Below, piece by piece: positions 58,063 to 64,000 of a DNA stretch of 64,000 nt (positions are counted from its first letter, which is position 1; each line of letters opens with the position of its first letter). The notes beneath the pieces are model-generated. The model searched no databases, had not been told where the DNA came from, and saw nothing but the letters and a program-made list of their open reading frames with translations. The DNA is from an uncultured Candidatus Saccharibacteria bacterium (GTDB lineage: Bacteria > Patescibacteriota > Minisyncoccia > Phycocordibacterales > UBA2100): assembly GCA_964399865.1 (NCBI GenBank), contig CAYNRJ010000001.1, forward strand, positions 2,315 to 66,314. The letters are read 5' to 3'. Made by a program: the position numbers and the translations under genes.

Positions 58063-61000
58063 ATGGTGAAATTTTGGAATTTCTTTCTGCTCAGGAAACA
58101 GTTCAGCTATGTGCTCATAGCCGTGCTTCTCATTGCGGGAGCATACTCACTCCTGAATATTCCGAAGGAGAACTTCCCTTCAATAAACATTCCACAAGCT
58201 TTCGTTACAGCGTCTCTTCCAGGGGCATCCGCCGAAGACATGGAGACCTTGGTAACTAATAAACTTGAGGCTCAGATTTCCGGCATCAGCAATATTGACA
58301 CGATCACTTCAACCTCGGGGGAAGGAATAACTCAGATCATCGTGCAGTTCACAGGGAATGCGGACACCAATCAATCCATCCAGGATTTGCGTGATGCGGT
58401 CGCAAGAGCAACTCCGAACCTTCCCTCTGACGTCACGACCCCGCAAGTCATCAAACTCAATTTCAGCGATCAGCCAATAGTAGTCGTCTCGATATCCGGT
58501 AATTTGTCCCCCCTTGAATTTTCTGATCTTGGTCAGGAGATCTCTGATGAGCTTTTAAATATCTCAGGTGTGTCAGAAGTCAGTGTCGCGGGTATTCCGA
58601 AGCGTGAAGTGAACGTTATCGTGCGCAAGGAGCGCCTGGAGCAGTACGGACTACGTATTACCGACGTCATCGGTGCAATTAGTGGAAGTAATGCTGCGCT
58701 GCCTGCGGGCCGCATATCAATAGAAGGGATCAATTACAACGTTAATTTTAAGGGTGGGATTACTGACCCGGATCAACTAAGGGACATAGCAATCTCTACA
58801 CGAAGTGGGGTACCTATATATTTGAGAGACATTGCGGAAATATCGGATGGGTTAGCGGCAGCAAGTACGTACTCTCGCGTTTCCCTCCACGGAAAGCCAA
58901 GTGAACAAGCGATCACGCTTCAGGTCTTAAAACAGTCCACGGGAAGCGTGCAGGGCGTCGCAAATGCAGTAAAGGAGAAAATTGTTGAATTACAGAAAAC
59001 ATCTCTTGCTGGCCTTGATGTCTTCGTCCCGCCTTCAACGGACCAAGGAATACAGGTGAGCGAGCAGCTCGGGTCTCTTACAGAAACTGGTGTCATTACA
59101 GTTATTCTCGTTATCTTGGTCCTATTAGTGACGATCGGATGGCGCGAATCTCTTGTTGCTGCGCTCGCAATCCCTCTCTCATTCCTCATCGCATTCATCG
59201 GACTTCACTTCACAGGGAACACTCTCAACTTCATAAGCCTTTTCGCGCTTATTCTTGCCGTGGGTATTTTGGTGGACTCTGGCATTGTCGTTACGGAAGC
59301 CATACACGCACGCATGAAAGTATTCCCGACTGCAATCGAGGCGGCGTTTGCTGCGCTCCGTGACTACGCATGGCCGCTCGTGGCAGGGACGTTCGCGACG
59401 ATCGCTGTCTTTGCTCCGTTATTCTTCATTTCGGGGATCGTCGGTAAATTTATCGCAGGTATTCCGTACACCCTTATCTTCGTCCTCATTGCATCAATTT
59501 TCGTGGCTCTCGGCATCGTGCCTCTCATTGCGGTCATGTTTACAAAGAGAAATCCAAACCGCATGGAACAAATGCAGGAGGAGTACACTTCGAAAGTAAC
59601 GGTTTGGTATACGGAAAAATTGCGTGCATTCCTCGGGAAGCGACGCTTACAAAAAATATTCCTTACGTCCCTGATCGGCTTACTGTTTGTATCGTTCACG
59701 CTTCCGATGATAGGTCTTGTGTCCGTGACCTTCTTCCCGCAAGACGATTTGGATTTCGTGTATATCAACATCAAAAAAGCAGAAGGCACTGTTCTTGCTC
59801 AGACTGACCTGACTGTACGCGCTATCGAGGAAATACTCTACCAGGATGAGGATATAGAGTCGTTCCAAACGACTGTTGGGCAAAGCTCGATGCTTACGGG
59901 AGAAGGCTCATCCGGTAGCAATCAAGCGAACATAACAATAAATCTTCCAGAGGATCGTAAGAAAACGAGTACGGAAGTCTCAAATGACATCCGAGAAAAG
60001 CTTGCGGTAATTACTGACGCGGACATTCAGGTGCTGCAGCCAAGCAATGGACCCCCTGCGGGAGCGCCTATCCAGATCCAATTCGTTGGAGACAATACCG
60101 ACGAATTGATTCTAGCAACAGAAAAGGGTAAACAACTTCTTTCGTCACTCCCTAATGTACACACGATAACTTCAAGTACAGAAAAGAATGGCATCGAATT
60201 CAATCTCACGATCGATCGTGCAAAGGCAACTGCGCTCGGACTTAATACACAGCTCATCGCTCAGACCCTGCGTGCTGCCGTAAACGGCACAAAAGCGACA
60301 AGCATCACACAGACGAATCAAAACATCGATGTGGTCGTCAAGATGAATCTCAACCCTGCATACACTGATCCTTCGAATACTGCTGAAGCGACAATAGATA
60401 GTATTAAAAATCTCACAATTCAGGGGCCATCCGGGCCGGTACTACTTGGTTCAATTTTGAAGGACAGCCTAGATATGAGTAATGCGACAGTTTCTCACAA
60501 GGATAAAAAGCGCATTGAGACCATCTCTGCATATCCAAATGACACGACCACAGCGACCGCAGTTGTTGCTGAGTTCCAGAAACGATCAGGTGAGCTCAAC
60601 CTACCTTCTAGCGTCACGATCTCGTATGGCGGAGAGAGCGAGAGTATCAATCAGTCGTTTACGGAGATGTTCATCGCCCTCATTGCTGGATTAGTTCTCA
60701 TGTTCGTTATCCTCGTCATATCGTTTAACTCCATCCGCTACACATTGCAATTGTTATCCATCGTCCCGCTCGCACTCATCGGGGTCCTATGGGGGCTCGC
60801 AGTTACGGGACAATCACTCTCGTTCACATCGCTACTCGGTGTCATTGGTCTTGGCGGCGTTATAATTAACCACGCCATCATTCTCATGGATTCCCTCATT
60901 AAGAATCTGCACGCTGAGCCGGATAAAGATCTCTTGGATATTGTCGTTGAATCAAGCGAAACAAGATTCCGACCGATCGTGCTTACAACGATCGCAACGG

Positions 61001-61194
61001 TGATTGGCATGATCCCGCTTGCGATATCTAATCCTACCTGGGGACCATTCGCGTTCACGGTCATGTTCGGTCTGGCGTTCGCAATTTGTCTCACACTTGT
61101 ACTCGTCCCGATGATGTTCTATCGCTCAGTGCAGAAGCAGCGGGCTAAGATTGCAAAAAAGACACTCGCTGGTGCAACAAGTGCGACGAATTAA
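58063..61194 (+). CDS. RND permease (AcrB/SwrC-like)
   Basis: PGASAEDME, GILVDSGIVVTE, RFRPIVLTT. Confidence 0.93.
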   Translation: MVKFWNFFLLRKQFSYVLIAVLLIAGAYSLLNIPKENFPSINIPQAFVTASLPGASAEDMETLVTNKLEAQISGISNIDTITSTSGEGITQIIVQFTGNADTNQSIQDLRDAVARATPNLPSDVTTPQVIKLNFSDQPIVVVSISGNLSPLEFSDLGQEISDELLNISGVSEVSVAGIPKREVNVIVRKERLEQYGLRITDVIGAISGSNAALPAGRISIEGINYNVNFKGGITDPDQLRDIAISTRSGVPIYLRDIAEISDGLAAASTYSRVSLHGKPSEQAITLQVLKQSTGSVQGVANAVKEKIVELQKTSLAGLDVFVPPSTDQGIQVSEQLGSLTETGVITVILVILVLLVTIGWRESLVAALAIPLSFLIAFIGLHFTGNTLNFISLFALILAVGILVDSGIVVTEAIHARMKVFPTAIEAAFAALRDYAWPLVAGTFATIAVFAPLFFISGIVGKFIAGIPYTLIFVLIASIFVALGIVPLIAVMFTKRNPNRMEQMQEEYTSKVTVWYTEKLRAFLGKRRLQKIFLTSLIGLLFVSFTLPMIGLVSVTFFPQDDLDFVYINIKKAEGTVLAQTDLTVRAIEEILYQDEDIESFQTTVGQSSMLTGEGSSGSNQANITINLPEDRKKTSTEVSNDIREKLAVITDADIQVLQPSNGPPAGAPIQIQFVGDNTDELILATEKGKQLLSSLPNVHTITSSTEKNGIEFNLTIDRAKATALGLNTQLIAQTLRAAVNGTKATSITQTNQNIDVVVKMNLNPAYTDPSNTAEATIDSIKNLTIQGPSGPVLLGSILKDSLDMSNATVSHKDKKRIETISAYPNDTTTATAVVAEFQKRSGELNLPSSVTISYGGESESINQSFTEMFIALIAGLVLMFVILVISFNSIRYTLQLLSIVPLALIGVLWGLAVTGQSLSFTSLLGVIGLGGVIINHAIILMDSLIKNLHAEPDKDLLDIVVESSETRFRPIVLTTIATVIGMIPLAISNPTWGPFAFTVMFGLAFAICLTLVLVPMMFYRSVQKQRAKIAKKTLAGATSATN

Positions 61195-61195
61195 T

Positions 61196-61654
61196 ATGCC
61201 CGAAGGATCTGTAGCTCTCTCCTGGAAAGACATCGAGAAGCTTGCAAAGGATCTCGCAGAGAAGGTGCGAGGGAGCGGATTTGAAGCTGATTGGCTCATT
61301 GGTATCGCAAACGGTGGTCTTGTCCCGCTTCTTTTAATGACGCGTGCACTCGGTGCTAAAAACACAACGACTATCTCCGCACGCTCATACGACGGCAAAG
61401 TACAAGGCGACGTGCTCGTGACGGCTCTCCCGGACATCGATTTGAAAGGTAAGAAAGTACTGTTGATTGACGAGACAGCGGAACACGGCACCACTCTAAG
61501 ACACGTATCCGACATATTGAAGAAACAGTATGAGGTAGGGGAATTAAGAACGGCTGTACTTGTCCGCAAAAATCATTGCGCGCTCGAAATTGATTACCAC
61601 GTTATGGAAACTAGTGCCTGGATCGACTTTCCGTGGGACGAGGCGAGTGGTTGA
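61196..61654 (+). CDS. Type I phosphoribosyltransferase (Gpt-like)
   Basis: IANGGLVP, VLLIDETAEHGTT, WIDFPW. Confidence 0.85.
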   Translation: MPEGSVALSWKDIEKLAKDLAEKVRGSGFEADWLIGIANGGLVPLLLMTRALGAKNTTTISARSYDGKVQGDVLVTALPDIDLKGKKVLLIDETAEHGTTLRHVSDILKKQYEVGELRTAVLVRKNHCALEIDYHVMETSAWIDFPWDEASG

Positions 61655-61678
61655 CAGAAAATAGGCGACTGATACATT
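61651..61678 (+). promoter_or_regulatory. Sigma70 promoter of leader transcript
   Basis: TTGACA-16-TACATT with a TG extension; ATG 6 nt downstream. Confidence 0.6.
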
Positions 61679-61684
61679 TTTTGT

Positions 61685-61759
61685 ATGCAAAAGAATGTGC
61701 AGGTAATGATGATGGCGATGATGACCCTCAAAGCGGAGGCGTTTTGCCTGCATATCTAA
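61685..61759 (+). CDS. Met-rich leader peptide MQKNVQVMMMAMMTLKAEAFCLHI
   Basis: atg atg atg gcg atg atg at 61706-61723; lies between a promoter and a terminator. Confidence 0.65.
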   Translation: MQKNVQVMMMAMMTLKAEAFCLHI

Positions 61760-61777
61760 TCTCAAACAGACATTCAG

Positions 61778-61808
61778 ACAAAAACCCTCCGCTCGGAGGG
61801 TTTTTTGT
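61778..61808 (+). terminator. Attenuator-type intrinsic terminator
   Basis: acaaaaaccctcc-gctc-ggagggttttttgt; the 5' arm and loop (cctccgct) are complementary to agcggagg at 61732-61739. Confidence 0.8.
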
Positions 61809-61828
61809 TCTTTACATGGGAGGATGTC

Positions 61829-62038
61829 ATGCAATGTTCTGTATGCGGATATCCCGCGAAGATTTCGTTCTGGTCTCGGCCGATTCAAGGAGGCGCTCGC
61901 AAGGCCGTTTTCGTGTGTGACGAATCATGCAAGGCCCAGAAATTGGAGCTCCTTGCCGAAAACGGCTATAGGGAAGCCCCTCCAACTGAGATCTTAGGGT
62001 GGGATGTGTTTCGTCCACTTTTTACGGGGGACGAATAA
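61829..62038 (+). CDS. Small zinc-finger-like orphan protein
   Basis: MQCSVC...VCDESC; SD GGGAGG. Confidence 0.65.
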   Translation: MQCSVCGYPAKISFWSRPIQGGARKAVFVCDESCKAQKLELLAENGYREAPPTEILGWDVFRPLFTGDE

Positions 62039-62072
62039 GCCGGCGACACAGGGAGTCGCCGGCTTCTTCTTT
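62037..62072 (+). terminator. Intrinsic terminator
   Basis: aagccggcgac-acaggga-gtcgccggctt-cttcttt. Confidence 0.75.
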
Positions 62073-62099
62073 ATACGCACTGTGGTAGTATGAAGACTA

Positions 62100-62933
62100 A
62101 TGAGTCGTAGTTTCCGCGCACTTCTGGAAGACCGTTGGGCAGAAGGAAAGTTTTTGTGCGTGGGGCTCGACAGTGATCTCGCGAAAATACCTGAAAGCGT
62201 CCAGAAAGAAAATACTCGTGCAACGATCGTGGCCTTCAACCGCGCCATCGTGGATGCGACAAAGGATCTTGTATGTGCATACAAGCCGAATTCGGCGTTT
62301 TACGAGGCATATGGCGACGAAGGGGTTGCAGCTCTTCGAGAGACTATTCAATACATTAGAGATGCTGCTCCCGAGGTGCCGATCATCCTTGATGCTAAGC
62401 GGGCCGACATCCTGAGTACTAATGAACTCTATGCGCGCTCTGCATTCGATCATCTACAAGCAGACGCTCTCACTATCCAGCCATACCCAGGAAAGGCAGC
62501 GCTACAACCTTTTCTAGACCGCAAGGAAAAAGGCATCATTGTATGGTGCCGCACTTCAAATGAAGGGGCAGGGGAATTTCAAGATCTAAAAATCGATGGT
62601 AAGCCGCTGTATAAAGTTGTTGCAGAGCATGTGGCGCAAGAGTGGAATGCAAACGGCAACTGCCTCATAGTCGTAGGTGCAACATACCCAGAAGAATTGA
62701 GAGAGGTCCGAGCAATAGTGGGAGAGATGCCGATACTGATTCCAGGCGTCGGCGCGCAAGGGGGCGATATTCAAAAGGTGACGGAGGCTGGTCGGACTGC
62801 AAACGGTAAGGGCTTAATTGTGAGTGCCTCTCGCTCAATCATTTTCGCGTCCTCAGGTACAGACTTTGCAGAACAGGCACGAGTTCAAGCCACAGAACTT
62901 CATAGCCAACTTAAGAAGGCGATGATAGGATAA
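62100..62933 (+). CDS. pyrF: Orotidine-5'-phosphate decarboxylase
   Basis: LCVGLD, YKPN.AFY, DAKRADI, VVGAT, PGVGAQGG. Confidence 0.95.
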   Translation: MSRSFRALLEDRWAEGKFLCVGLDSDLAKIPESVQKENTRATIVAFNRAIVDATKDLVCAYKPNSAFYEAYGDEGVAALRETIQYIRDAAPEVPIILDAKRADILSTNELYARSAFDHLQADALTIQPYPGKAALQPFLDRKEKGIIVWCRTSNEGAGEFQDLKIDGKPLYKVVAEHVAQEWNANGNCLIVVGATYPEELREVRAIVGEMPILIPGVGAQGGDIQKVTEAGRTANGKGLIVSASRSIIFASSGTDFAEQARVQATELHSQLKKAMIG

Positions 62934-62941
62934 TCCCTAAT

Positions 62942-63574
62942 ATGATGACCGATCAGGAGGTGCTGGAGACACTCGAGAATGTAGGAGCATTCCGTGCAGG
63001 TCATTTTGTGTATACGTCGGGAAGGCACGGTGATTCATACGTAAACAAGGACGCTCTCTATACCCATACACACGAACTCTCGAAGTTGTGCCGTTCTATT
63101 GCGGAGCGTTTTGCTGACAAAGGTATCGAAGTTGTCATTGGGCCCGCTGTTGGCGCTGCAATTCTCTCACAATGGGTAGCATATTTTCTTACGGAAATAA
63201 CAAAGAAAGAAGTTTTCGCGACATTCGCGGATAAAGATGGCCAAGGTGGGTTTATCGTTAAGCGCGGATACGAGAAGATAATTGCCGGAAAGAAAACCCT
63301 CGTCGTCGAGGATCTTACAACGACCGGCGGCTCACTGAAGAAAGTTGTAGAGGTCGCACGCGCAGGTGGTGCAGACGTGGTAGCAGCGGTTGTAGTCTGT
63401 AATAGAGGCGAAGTGAAGAAAGAGGACGTAGGTAATCCGACGGAATTTGTATCGTTGGTAAGTCTCGAGCTCGAGTCGTGGGCAGAGTCAGAATGCGAAC
63501 TATGTGCGAAGAATATTCCAGTAAATACGGATATTGGCCACGGAAAAGACTTCTTGGCCAGACAGAAAAAGTAG
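62942..63574 (+). CDS. pyrE: Orotate phosphoribosyltransferase
   Basis: GHFVYTSGRH..SY, VVEDLTTTGGS; follows pyrF. Confidence 0.9.
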   Translation: MMTDQEVLETLENVGAFRAGHFVYTSGRHGDSYVNKDALYTHTHELSKLCRSIAERFADKGIEVVIGPAVGAAILSQWVAYFLTEITKKEVFATFADKDGQGGFIVKRGYEKIIAGKKTLVVEDLTTTGGSLKKVVEVARAGGADVVAAVVVCNRGEVKKEDVGNPTEFVSLVSLELESWAESECELCAKNIPVNTDIGHGKDFLARQKK

Positions 63575-63615
63575 TCGTGATATACTATTTTCATACCAGT
63601 TTAGTCTAAATTCCC

Positions 63616-64000
63616 ATGAAGAACTTTCTTATAGCCCTAATTGTTTTAGCAGTTCTAGGTGGGGGGTATCTTTGGTGGAAAAATGGCAATACCGAAGAAA
63701 CTCCAACACCAACAGACACGGTTTCTGGCGAGACCTCAGAAACGCCAGCAGGAATACCTGAAGGCGCTGTTATGGAAGACGGCACTATCCCAGACGAGAG
63801 CACTGGCTCTGGAAGTACGTTCACGATGACTCTAGTATCTTCTCACAATACCAACGCTTCATGCTGGAGTGTTATCGACGGTAACGTATACGATCTCACC
63901 AAATGGATCGGTCAGCACCCAGGAGGAGCTCAGGCAATCTCACAGCTCTGCGGTAAGGATGGTACGGCCGCATTTCATGGTCAGCATGGAGACCGGAAAC
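63616..64000 (+). CDS. Membrane-anchored cytochrome b5 domain protein, 3'-truncated (not in ORF track)
   Basis: MKNFLIALIVLAVLGGGYLWW, acidic linker, then SHN..SCWSVIDGNVYDLTKWIGQHPGG...CGKDGT..F..QH. Confidence 0.9.
   Translation, partial: MKNFLIALIVLAVLGGGYLWWKNGNTEETPTPTDTVSGETSETPAGIPEGAVMEDGTIPDESTGSGSTFTMTLVSSHNTNASCWSVIDGNVYDLTKWIGQHPGGAQAISQLCGKDGTAAFHGQHGDRK

Noticed and set aside
56501-61194. RND pump lacking TolC as a novelty
   Set aside because: Expected in monoderm cells (e.g. SwrC-like systems).
53892-61793. Genomic island from tRNA-Ser to a 10-bp repeat (accctccgct at 53892 and 61784)
   Set aside because: The match is short, no integrase is present, and the second copy is explained by the terminator stem.
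1-64000. CRISPR array, integron attC array, prophage or IS
   Set aside because: No regularly spaced repeats, integrase, transposase or phage structural cluster seen by eye.

Overview
This is a gene-dense bacterial chromosome segment using the standard code. Its gene content and style (giant surface protein, cohesin/dockerin proteins, many small membrane proteins, truncated Fe-S-less MutY, tRNA without encoded CCA) suggest Patescibacteria/CPR, probably Parcubacteria; that placement is an inference. 1-11.5 kb is a surface-structure locus: a >2160 aa giant protein truncated by the window start, a class A beta-lactamase-like protein, one dockerin protein and two cohesin proteins. 11.5-24.7 kb holds small membrane proteins, a GH18, a sugar/trehalose cluster (GH63-like, ROK, sensor-HAMP-OtsA fusion, IMPase) and a P-type ATPase. 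24.8-64 kb is mostly housekeeping (typA, msrB, pyrD, glmS, metK, maf, yvcK, nth, murF, ddl, mutY, rnj, secG, groES/EL, lemA, htpX, tRNA-Ser, MarR-RND, pyrF, pyrE, cytochrome b5). The most notable non-coding signals are: (1) a Met-rich leader peptide with terminator/antiterminator, a candidate methionine attenuator (61651-61808); (2) four related ~100-nt branched palindromic elements with compensatory changes; (3) a SAM-I riboswitch carrying an inserted hairpin; (4) two expression grammars, with apparently leaderless core genes versus solo orphan genes carrying -35/-10, SD and strong terminators. I saw no CRISPR array, integrase or transposase. All calls were made by eye, without database searches.
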